Virus record (IMG/VR): IMGVR_UViG_3300002514_002723 | Location: 1 to 7,149 of that record | DNA: 7,149 nt | Direction: 5' to 3' (one strand) | Made by a program: the position numbers and the translations under genes | In this document: positions 1 through 6,256 of the stretch, piece after piece | How positions within the stretch are numbered: position 1 is the stretch's first letter | Layout of the letters: the number at the start of each line of letters is the position of its first letter | The notes under the pieces: generated by a model | The model's database searches: none | Told to the model about the DNA's origin: nothing | What the model saw: the letters and a program-made list of their open reading frames with translations, nothing else

Positions 1-6
1 ACTCAT
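1..6 (-). CDS. 5' end (ATG AGT) of a leftward gene running off the window; product unknown
   Basis: Minus strand reads AGGAGA-cacg-ATG-AGT (SD at 16-11, ATG at 6-4), downstream of a near-consensus leftward promoter. Only two codons are visible. Confidence 0.6.
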
Positions 7-34
7 CGTGTCTCCTGTGGTTGTTGTGCTTTCC

Positions 35-63
35 ACTCTATTGCACCGTGATAGTGATGTCAA
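35..63 (-). promoter_or_regulatory. Leftward sigma70-type promoter
   Basis: Minus strand TTGACA (63-58, perfect -35), 17-nt spacer, TAGAGT (40-35, 4/6 match to -10 with T1, A2, T6 kept). Points at the SD/ATG at 16-4. Confidence 0.7.
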
Positions 64-72
64 TGACATCAC
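54..72. promoter_or_regulatory. Perfect 19-bp palindrome, candidate repressor operator
   Basis: GTGATGTCA-A-TGACATCAC: 9-bp arms with a 1-bp centre, covering the -35 of the leftward promoter, between divergent genes. Confidence 0.65.
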
Positions 73-125
73 CTCGACTGGACATGCTGAGTGATTTGAT
101 GTACTTACTTTTAAGAGGTGAGTCT

Positions 126-386
126 GTGGACATCAGAAGCTACCGAGAGAGTCGGCCAAAGTACAACACTCGTGCGGCATTCTGTCATCGCATGAACTTG
201 TTCCTTCGGCAGTGGGGTTTGAACATTTCAATCCCATATCTGAGAGACTTGGAGTCGGGACGTTCGGTCCCATCGCTTGCTCTTGCGGTTGCAGTTGAAG
301 ATGCTACCGCAGGAAAGGTTCGAGTTCGGGATTGGCCCGGATTAAAGAAACGCATGAAACAGAGGAAGAAACATGCTGCTGTCTAA
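126..386 (+). CDS. Cro-like helix-turn-helix transcriptional regulator (86 aa)
   Basis: Start reassigned to GTG at 126 (SD GAGGTG at 115-120, 5-nt spacing). ISIPYLRDLESGRSVPSLALAVAVEDATAGKVRVRDW matches the Cro/YdaS-like pattern (recognition helix, GxxxP, ExATxGxVxxxDW). Confidence 0.75.
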   Translation: MDIRSYRESRPKYNTRAAFCHRMNLFLRQWGLNISIPYLRDLESGRSVPSLALAVAVEDATAGKVRVRDWPGLKKRMKQRKKHAAV

Positions 387-636
387 GGAAGAGTTGAGTC
401 AGATTCGATCAGAGGTGGGTTCTCGCACTGCGCAATACCAGAACATAGTGCCGAGGCTGCTTCGCCACATCGCTGCGCTTCAGGCAGTCGTCGATGTGCT
501 TGAGGCTGAGGTTCAGGATGCGTGGGCCCTCGCCAAGAAAGCTCCATCCACGAAGGCCCCAGCCACGAAGGCCCCAGCCACGAAGGCCCCAGCCAAGAAG
601 GCTCCATCCAAGAAGGCCCCAGCCAAGAAGAAGTAA
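373..636 (+). CDS. Small protein with helical/coiled-coil N-terminus and histone-H1-like Lys/Ala/Pro repeat tail (87 aa)
   Basis: ATG at 373 with GAGG upstream, overlapping the previous stop by 14 nt. C-terminus is KKAPS-TKAPA-TKAPA-TKAPA-KKAPS-KKAPA-KKK. Confidence 0.75.
   Translation: MLLSKEELSQIRSEVGSRTAQYQNIVPRLLRHIAALQAVVDVLEAEVQDAWALAKKAPSTKAPATKAPATKAPAKKAPSKKAPAKKK
535..624 (+). repeat. In-frame 15-bp tandem repeat, 6 units, encoding (K/T)KAP(A/S)
   Basis: Units at 535, 550, 565, 580, 595 and 610. Units 2-4 are identical (ACGAAGGCCCCAGCC); units 1 and 5 share GCTCCATCC. Confidence 0.95.
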
Positions 637-639
637 GAC

Positions 640-846
640 TCAGGCTTCAGCGGGTGTTGCTGACATGGCCATCTGCATTACCAGAAACGCCTGCTGAAGC
701 CCGACCTCGATCATTAAGCCATCCTCAACTTGTCGTGGCGTTGCGTCTTTGAGCACGGTCTCTCCCTCATCGTCGAGCACGGTCCAAAGACCCTCGGTGT
801 AAATCAAGAGCCAGCCATCGGGAAGATTTTCAATCAGCGTGTGCAT
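640..846 (-). CDS. Small acidic hypothetical protein (68 aa)
   Basis: ATG 3 nt after the helicase stop. Exactly fills the gap up to the convergent gene; protein-like composition; no recognisable motif. Confidence 0.6.
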   Translation of the reverse strand: MHTLIENLPDGWLLIYTEGLWTVLDDEGETVLKDATPRQVEDGLMIEVGLQQAFLVMQMAMSATPAEA

Positions 847-849
847 GGT

Positions 850-2229
850 TTACCAAGTGCATCCAATCCGAGTGTACAGCTTCATTCGCTTCTTGGCGAG
901 TCCGCGCATCGAACCAATGTCATCAACTACATCAATGACGAGTGGTGGCTTCTTTTGTGGATGTGGGCGCATCACTCGTCCGATTCTCTGCTGAATACGA
1001 GCCAGGGCTTTGGTTGGAGTCGTCAGCACAACCGTGTCGAGAGATGGCAGGTCAAGGCCCTCATCAGCAAGCGTCGTGGCGCAGACCACCTGTATTTCTC
1101 TGTCCCTGGCTTTGTTTAAAGTCTCAGCCCGCTGCTTCTTTGTCATGCGTCCAACCAGTTGTTCTGCTGTGTACCCTCGAAATCTAAGCTCTTGAGCCAT
1201 TAAAGAGCAGTGGCTGACCCGGTCGGAAAGAACGAGCACTTGCCGACCCTCCTCGATTGCTCGAACAACTCGGCTGATAATGCGCTCATTTCGGTACATG
1301 TTGCCTACCATCTCATTGACCAGCTTTGGCCAGTCCATCGGACCTTTGGGGCCCTTCCAGTCCGTCATCAGCCACTCCACTCGGGGAGGTAGAACATGCC
1401 CGTCTTTCGCCAAGTCCGCGTTGGTGATCTCATAGACGGCGGGGCCAAGATGCCACCAGAGCATTGACGTAAGGCCGTCTTGTCTGCGAGGCGTAGCTGT
1501 AAGTCCCAGCCGGTACTTAGCTGGGATGGTCATCATGACTCGACTGAACATCTCGGCAGGGACATGGTGACACTCATCAACAATGCAAAGCCCAAACTGC
1601 TTGGCCCACTCGTACCGTTCAAGCCAAGACATTCGGTCAAGGGTTTGGAATGTGGCCACAACAACGCGGCCTGAGTCGTCTCGCTTGCCTCCCCCATAGA
1701 CGCTGGTGGTGCAGCCATCGAGGGTGGTTTCGAGCCGGTTTGTCCATTGTTCTGCAAGGTCGTTGGTGTGTACCAGGATGAGGGCCTTGGTCTCACAGGT
1801 TGTGATTCCAAAGATGCCGATTGTGGTCTTTCCAGCGCCACATGGCGCGACGATGACTCCTTCCTGGTCTTCTTTGATCCAAGAGCTAAGTGCCTCCTCT
1901 TGATATGGTCGAAGCTTGTAGCCACCAACAGGAACGAGCGGTTCTTTGACCAACGGGTAGGTGCGTTTGTCGATTATCTGGAGCCCGCTTCCATCGAGTT
2001 TGGCGTTTCGCGGGATGGCCAGCCCGCCTCCCCATGGGTGCTCAAACGGGATCTCTTGGCATGCGCTGACTCGCTCAGGGGGCATCTGTACCCACCTGCC
2101 ACGACTTCGTAGCCCTTGGGCCATTCTGTAGTCTGGGTTTGGAAGACTGTAGGATTCAGACAACTTTGCTGCGAGTTCACTCCCAGGCTGGAAGTAGTAC
2201 GCGCCTGCTCTCACACATAGATTACTCAT
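850..2229 (-). CDS. Superfamily 2 DExH-box helicase (XPB/Rad25/UvsW/ResIII-like), 459 aa
   Basis: Motifs: Q LRPYQ, I APCGAGKT, Ia LVHTNDLAEQW, Ib VATFQTL, II IVDECHH, III GLTATP, IV VLVLSDR, V TLADEGLDLP, VI QRIGRVMR. Start set at ATG 2229 (SD AGGTG, 6-nt spacing; ATGAGTAA overlap with the upstream stop). Confidence 0.93.
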   Translation of the reverse strand: MSNLCVRAGAYYFQPGSELAAKLSESYSLPNPDYRMAQGLRSRGRWVQMPPERVSACQEIPFEHPWGGGLAIPRNAKLDGSGLQIIDKRTYPLVKEPLVPVGGYKLRPYQEEALSSWIKEDQEGVIVAPCGAGKTTIGIFGITTCETKALILVHTNDLAEQWTNRLETTLDGCTTSVYGGGKRDDSGRVVVATFQTLDRMSWLERYEWAKQFGLCIVDECHHVPAEMFSRVMMTIPAKYRLGLTATPRRQDGLTSMLWWHLGPAVYEITNADLAKDGHVLPPRVEWLMTDWKGPKGPMDWPKLVNEMVGNMYRNERIISRVVRAIEEGRQVLVLSDRVSHCSLMAQELRFRGYTAEQLVGRMTKKQRAETLNKARDREIQVVCATTLADEGLDLPSLDTVVLTTPTKALARIQQRIGRVMRPHPQKKPPLVIDVVDDIGSMRGLAKKRMKLYTRIGCTW

Positions 2230-3553
2230 CGGTATCACCTGTTTTACTTAGTTCAATCACCTTAGTCTTCGTCCAAACATAAACTCTGTTCTCACCAATG
2301 CGCTTGCGGTCCTTCTTAAACCCAAGCTCTCGCAAGATCTCAGCCACACGAATCTCAGCATGTCGAGTCATGTGATTCTTCTCCAGCTTGAGGGCGTCTT
2401 CCATGAGGGTCCGCGTTGAGATCATCCCGTAGTAGTTCTGCGTATACTGGACGATCACGTCTCTCCAGGGGTCCTCCTGGCGGAAGATCTCGCTCTCCTC
2501 TTCGCGCTCCTTCTCCCACTCCTGCTCAAGCCACCATGTCGCGCCAGAGTTGTACTCAAGAATGGCCTCAGCCCAAAGCTGGTCCCGAAACTCCGCAACC
2601 CAATCGAGATCGATCTTCTTGACCTTGATGGGCCAGTACCTACGACTTCCCGTCCAGTCGTTCATGAACTGGCTGTCGTTGGTGGTTCCGGCAAACACGG
2701 TGTGCCGCTTAATGGTTACCGCTCTACGCCCATACGCTGGCCTGTAGGTGTCTTCCTGGGCACTGATGAAGGCTTTGGTTGCCGAGTTCGCTGAGCGCCG
2801 AACAGAGTCAAGCTCGGCTACCTCGTAGATCCAAGCACGCTGAATCTGCGTGTAGGCATTGGCTGAGCCAATATCGAGAGGTGTATCCGAAAAGAAGCTC
2901 TCAGTAGCCAGGGTCCTCAGCAGGCTGCTCTTGCGCGCGCCTTGGGGCCCAATCAGGATCAAGACACAGTCGGCCTTGCTGCCGGGCTTCATCGCGCGAG
3001 CAATCGCCTGAATCAACCACTTGTTGCCCATCATTCGGTTCAACTCGGTATCGTCACACCCGGTGGCCCGAATAAGCCAATCATCAGTTCGTTTGACCCC
3101 GTCCCACTTTACGCTACTGAGCCACTCTTGAAGTGGGTTGATGCCGTTCTCCTCGCCTATGAGCTTGGCGATTCCTGCAACCGTCGTGTCGGCAAACTTG
3201 ATGCCGTATGTTGCGTCAATCCATAGAGAGATCTTGGTGTCGTCGGTGTCCTTGTACTCATTGTCGTTCAAGTACAAGGCCCCATCGAACAGGTTCTCCC
3301 AGATGCTGGCCTTGTATCGACGGTCCAGGCTCAGAATCTTGTAGAGGTTGTTTCGGGACTGCTTGGGAACTCCAGTCAGGTTTCCTTGCTTGTCTCGATA
3401 CTGCTCAAGCTGCGGCAGCACAATCGGGTCTGGTTGGTCCCTACCCAACTGCTCTTCTTCGTCTTCATTCAGGTCTCCTTTGGCTTCAGCGTTCTTCAGC
3501 AAGCTCTGTAGTGATGTCTTCTCTCCGCGCAGCGTTCCGTCGATGTCAGGCAT
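2222..3553 (-). CDS. VapE/VirE-family P-loop ATPase (phage replicative helicase-like), 443 aa
   Basis: Walker A GPQGARKS, Walker B WIYEVAEL, family motifs KAFISAQEDTYRPAYGR, VFAGTTN, DWTGSRRYWPI, RDQLWAEA and DPW, then a C-terminal winged-helix-like segment. Directly follows the primase. Confidence 0.9.
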   Translation of the reverse strand: MPDIDGTLRGEKTSLQSLLKNAEAKGDLNEDEEEQLGRDQPDPIVLPQLEQYRDKQGNLTGVPKQSRNNLYKILSLDRRYKASIWENLFDGALYLNDNEYKDTDDTKISLWIDATYGIKFADTTVAGIAKLIGEENGINPLQEWLSSVKWDGVKRTDDWLIRATGCDDTELNRMMGNKWLIQAIARAMKPGSKADCVLILIGPQGARKSSLLRTLATESFFSDTPLDIGSANAYTQIQRAWIYEVAELDSVRRSANSATKAFISAQEDTYRPAYGRRAVTIKRHTVFAGTTNDSQFMNDWTGSRRYWPIKVKKIDLDWVAEFRDQLWAEAILEYNSGATWWLEQEWEKEREEESEIFRQEDPWRDVIVQYTQNYYGMISTRTLMEDALKLEKNHMTRHAEIRVAEILRELGFKKDRKRIGENRVYVWTKTKVIELSKTGDTDE

Positions 3554-3561
3554 TTTCTGCT

Positions 3562-4602
3562 TTAGGCCTCCAGCGGGACTCGGTAAACCTTGTGGTCGGG
3601 TAGGCCATCAGCAATCACTGTGGCGTATTCGTCTCCTCGGTCGTCAGGGTCGGTCGCAATATAGATTTTGGATGTTTTAGGGATTTGGATTTTTGGGATT
3701 GCTTTGAAGCCACCTGAAGCCGCAGCTACGATGGCCATCGTCATTTCTTCCGAATGCGCAGCACAGCACGCCCGGATAAAATCAGTGAGACCCTCACAGA
3801 TTAACAGTCCGGTTAGTCCAGGGACTACCTGGCCACGCATCATGCGAACCGCATCCGGGTTGGCCATGACCAACTCGCTGGCCTCATAGCGATATGGCCA
3901 TCGAGTCTTTGGGTTGATTTCCGGCACAGCAACGCTTCTTGCGTGGATGCTTGCGAACGTGCCATCAGATTCGTAGACTGGCGCGACTACCCGGTAGTTT
4001 GGAAGCCACTCCTTCCTCCACCACTCTGGCATTTGAACTCGGCCCGGTGGGGGCAGGACTCGGGCTGCTTTGCACTGGTCGAGCAGAAGGGGGGCAAACT
4101 TCCGGCGCAACAGCCACGTTGCCATGGGGTCTGCCCACTCTGGGTCGTCGTTCAGCGACTTTTCAAATGAGCAGGTGAGTCGCCATAGGTCATGTAGCTC
4201 TTCTTGTGGTGGTCGACGGTAGCCGTCGTCAACGACCCGCAGGAGGGCTTTCTTCTTTTCCAGTCCACTTGGTGCATGGGTTTCGCCTGGGCCTGGGCAT
4301 GCTCCTTGTTTTGAAAACCATGTTCGCACCTCAAGCTGTCTGCCTGATGGAAGCTCTCTAAAAGGTAACTCATGGAGCCGAAAGGCTGCGAGGTCGACCA
4401 CATCTCCTTTGATTCCGCAGCGGTGACACTTCCATGCCACCTGATCGAAGTTGACTCCTATTGGTCCTCGGTTGTCATCGGTTCCGCGAGTCTCTGAGTT
4501 GCATGCTGGGCATGGGCCAAGAGAGCGGCCCCGGCGTTTTTGTAAGCCGAGGGCTTTCGCTGCCTTGATGACTGGGAGGTCCTTCGCTTGCTGTATCCAC
4601 AT
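3562..4602 (-). CDS. DNA primase-like protein with N-terminal zinc finger and C-terminal TOPRIM domain (346 aa)
   Basis: GPCPAC...WKCHRCGIKGD zinc-binding module; TOPRIM motifs LLICEGLTD and IYIATDPDDRG. Start reassigned to ATG 4602 (SD AGGAG, 5-nt spacing). Confidence 0.85.
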   Translation of the reverse strand: MWIQQAKDLPVIKAAKALGLQKRRGRSLGPCPACNSETRGTDDNRGPIGVNFDQVAWKCHRCGIKGDVVDLAAFRLHELPFRELPSGRQLEVRTWFSKQGACPGPGETHAPSGLEKKKALLRVVDDGYRRPPQEELHDLWRLTCSFEKSLNDDPEWADPMATWLLRRKFAPLLLDQCKAARVLPPPGRVQMPEWWRKEWLPNYRVVAPVYESDGTFASIHARSVAVPEINPKTRWPYRYEASELVMANPDAVRMMRGQVVPGLTGLLICEGLTDFIRACCAAHSEEMTMAIVAAASGGFKAIPKIQIPKTSKIYIATDPDDRGDEYATVIADGLPDHKVYRVPLEA

Positions 4603-4606
4603 GTCT

Positions 4607-4752
4607 GCTCCTGGTCGTAAACCCACTTGGCCCCGATGAGGCCGCCCAGAGCGCGGAGCACTCTGAGCGACCTGACCAGGAGCCCTGTCCTCCCAAAGGG
4701 AGTGCCAAGGGGATCAACCTTGACGGGCTTTAGGTAGATACCGGATCTACCT
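4607..4752 (-). promoter_or_regulatory. Highly structured intergenic leader upstream of primase, with anti-SD helix
   Basis: Hand-folded stems: 4752-4745/4739-4732 (8 bp), 4729-4725/4685-4681 (5 bp), 4724-4718/4710-4704 (7 bp), 4702-4698/4694-4690 (5 bp), 4673-4658/4654-4639 (16 bp with 3 G:U), 4683-4674/4616-4607 (10 bp, covers SD). Confidence 0.65.
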
Positions 4753-4759
4753 GATTGGA

Positions 4760-5071
4760 TCAAGGTCCAAGGACAACGCCCTCGGTTTGATGGTCTTCGC
4801 ATGAGATTGAGTAGTAAAGCCGCATGTCCGGTGTAATGGTCAAGACCATCTTGAGCCCCGTGTTTGCGTAGACCTTCTTGGTGTACAACGCCAGAGAATC
4901 TACTGTTGGTGGGGGTCTCTTATGGTTCAACTGCTGCCAGAGATGCGAGTACCCGGTCTCAAGAATCTTCGCGGCTGGCCGGACCTTGCCTCCCAAGGCC
5001 CGGACCAAGCTTGCGAGAGCATCGTATGTGTCCACACGAAGCTCCGGTGGTTGTCGTCTTCCCTTTGCCAT
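4760..5071 (-). CDS. Putative HTH (XRE-like) DNA-binding protein (103 aa)
   Basis: Start reassigned to ATG 5071 (AAGGGG SD, 10 nt after the upstream stop). VRPAAKILETGYSHLWQQLNHKRPPPTVDSL fits an XRE-type HTH pattern, followed by a beta-rich C-terminus. Confidence 0.6.
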   Translation of the reverse strand: MAKGRRQPPELRVDTYDALASLVRALGGKVRPAAKILETGYSHLWQQLNHKRPPPTVDSLALYTKKVYANTGLKMVLTITPDMRLYYSISCEDHQTEGVVLGP

Positions 5072-5081
5072 CGGTTCCCCT

Positions 5082-5579
5082 TTACTTGGCTGCCTCTGTC
5101 TCTGAGGCGTTGTCTTCATCTTCATCAGCGACCAAGACCGGCTTGTGAACCGCCTCGCGCACCTGTGGCACGAAGGTGATGTTGCCGTTCTTCTGGATCT
5201 TAGGAAGCTTCTGGAAAAGCTCCTCGTCGATGAGGGCAAGCGCACCAGAGACCCCGCTCTCCTTCAGCAGGTTCGCATCAGCGTCCTTGCCAAGCTTGAT
5301 GGCTTCCTGAATAGAGTCCGCAATCATCCGTGCCGTCTGGGGCCCGGTGATGCCGGAACGCTTCAGGAAGATAGCCAGGGCAAGCTTCCAGGGAATGCGG
5401 CTTGTGCCCTTGGAGTCGAATGCCTCGCCTCGCTTGAGCAGGCCCTTGACTCGAATGAGCATATCGACCTCAGCCTGAGAGCCGTTAGCGATAGCCTTGC
5501 GGGCCGCTTCTGACTCCTTGGTCGAGATGGTCTTCATGATGGCAACGATTTCTTCTGGGGTAAGGTTGAGATCTTCCAT
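5082..5579 (-). CDS. Hypothetical protein with acidic C-terminal tail (165 aa)
   Basis: Strong SD AAGGAG, ATG start, GC-ending codon bias. Ends ADEDEDNASETEAAK. No family recognised. Confidence 0.8.
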   Translation of the reverse strand: MEDLNLTPEEIVAIMKTISTKESEAARKAIANGSQAEVDMLIRVKGLLKRGEAFDSKGTSRIPWKLALAIFLKRSGITGPQTARMIADSIQEAIKLGKDADANLLKESGVSGALALIDEELFQKLPKIQKNGNITFVPQVREAVHKPVLVADEDEDNASETEAAK

Positions 5580-5679
5580 GGTATCGCTCTCCTTTGGTTG
5601 GTTGAGGCATCTATGTCACCGCCCACATGCCTCCCTGCTGGGCCCTAAGGGGTAACAGGAACCCCCCGGTGGTTTTGAA

Positions 5680-5708
5680 ATCTTAACTGGTCTGCCCAAC
5701 CAGTGCAA
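5680..5708 (-). promoter_or_regulatory. Sigma70-type promoter for the replication operon, with overlapping inverted repeat
   Basis: TTGCAC (5708-5703), 17 nt, TAAGAT (5685-5680), with an AT-rich tract upstream. ACTGGT-N7-ACCAGT (5686-5704) spans the spacer and part of the -35. Confidence 0.6.
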
Positions 5709-5722
5709 GAATATTTTGTTGG

Positions 5723-6232
5723 TCAGGACGGGAACCACCGATAAAGGCGAGTCCCGTTGATCATCATCCGCTTTGACTTGTAGCCCATCTTTCGGAGCGC
5801 GGCAGCAATCTTCATCTCAGTCGCGCGCTGTGACGTGCTCATCCCCTCGGGGTCTATCGCTTCACCTATGCGGTCTGTCGTGACCTTTGTGCCGTCGTTT
5901 CGCTTTGCATTGTCGTCCAGCCACTTTGAGATAGCATCGAGATATTTCTTCTCGATATGGGTTTCTCTCTTCTTGCGTGGCGCTTTCGGTGATGATGCTG
6001 CGGCGGCAACAAGGCCAGAGTAAAGCTCCCACCTTGTTGGTGTTATGCCGTACCTGCCCGTCAAATAGACCGAGATGTTAGCCAAGCCCTCTTCATTCAG
6101 CTTTTCTCCGTTGTGACTTAGTTTGCCATTAGAGGTCGTTTTCAGCTTCCCCTGTAGTCGCGAGTCGTGGCGAGCAGCCAGGTAGACTGCATGCCCACCC
6201 CCTGCCTCTGATATCTTGTGTTCGTGCGACAC
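5723..6232 (-). CDS. Putative DNA-binding protein; apparent ATPase-less paralog of the VapE-family protein (169 aa)
   Basis: AAGGAG, 5 nt, GTG start. N- and C-terminal halves align by eye with the N- and C-terminal domains of 2222..3553; no Walker motifs. Confidence 0.7.
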   Translation of the reverse strand: MSHEHKISEAGGGHAVYLAARHDSRLQGKLKTTSNGKLSHNGEKLNEEGLANISVYLTGRYGITPTRWELYSGLVAAAASSPKAPRKKRETHIEKKYLDAISKWLDDNAKRNDGTKVTTDRIGEAIDPEGMSTSQRATEMKIAAALRKMGYKSKRMMINGTRLYRWFPS

Positions 6233-6256
6233 TGTTTCTCCTTACTGTTGAGGTCG

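Noticed and set aside
21-125. N-terminal extension of the Cro-like ORF
   Set aside because: Runs through the divergent promoter/operator region; the SD supports GTG at 126.
535-624. Tandem repeat as a CRISPR array or iteron set
   Set aside because: No spacers; the 15-bp units are in frame and vary in a codon-respecting way inside a CDS.
383-752. ORFs with GPSWL, RRPQP and EGPSH repeats (383..607 -, 494..697 +, 522..752 +)
   Set aside because: Alternative-frame shadows of the 15-bp KAPA repeat; they overlap better-supported genes.
2925-2950. Walker A GPQGARKS as an inactivated ATPase
   Set aside because: The catalytic Lys-Ser, Walker B Glu and RR motif are intact; substitution at this Gly position is not sufficient evidence of inactivation.
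2222-3553. 'Virulence-associated' interpretation of VapE
   Set aside because: The name is historical; the context here is phage DNA replication.
3545-3575. Primase-VapE fusion by readthrough or frameshift
   Set aside because: The two ORFs are in different frames, no slippery heptamer is visible, and VapE has its own ATG.
4732-4752. 8-bp hairpin as an intrinsic terminator
   Set aside because: No U-tract follows on either strand; kept only as part of the structured leader.
4603-4759. tRNA or known riboswitch identity for the structured spacer
   Set aside because: No TTC T-loop or cloverleaf geometry and no aptamer consensus that I recognise; an Rfam search is needed to settle it.
5072-5245. 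N-terminal extension of the 4760..5245 ORF
   Set aside because: Overlaps the 165-aa gene and has low-complexity Ser/Arg composition; a good SD and ATG exist at 5071.
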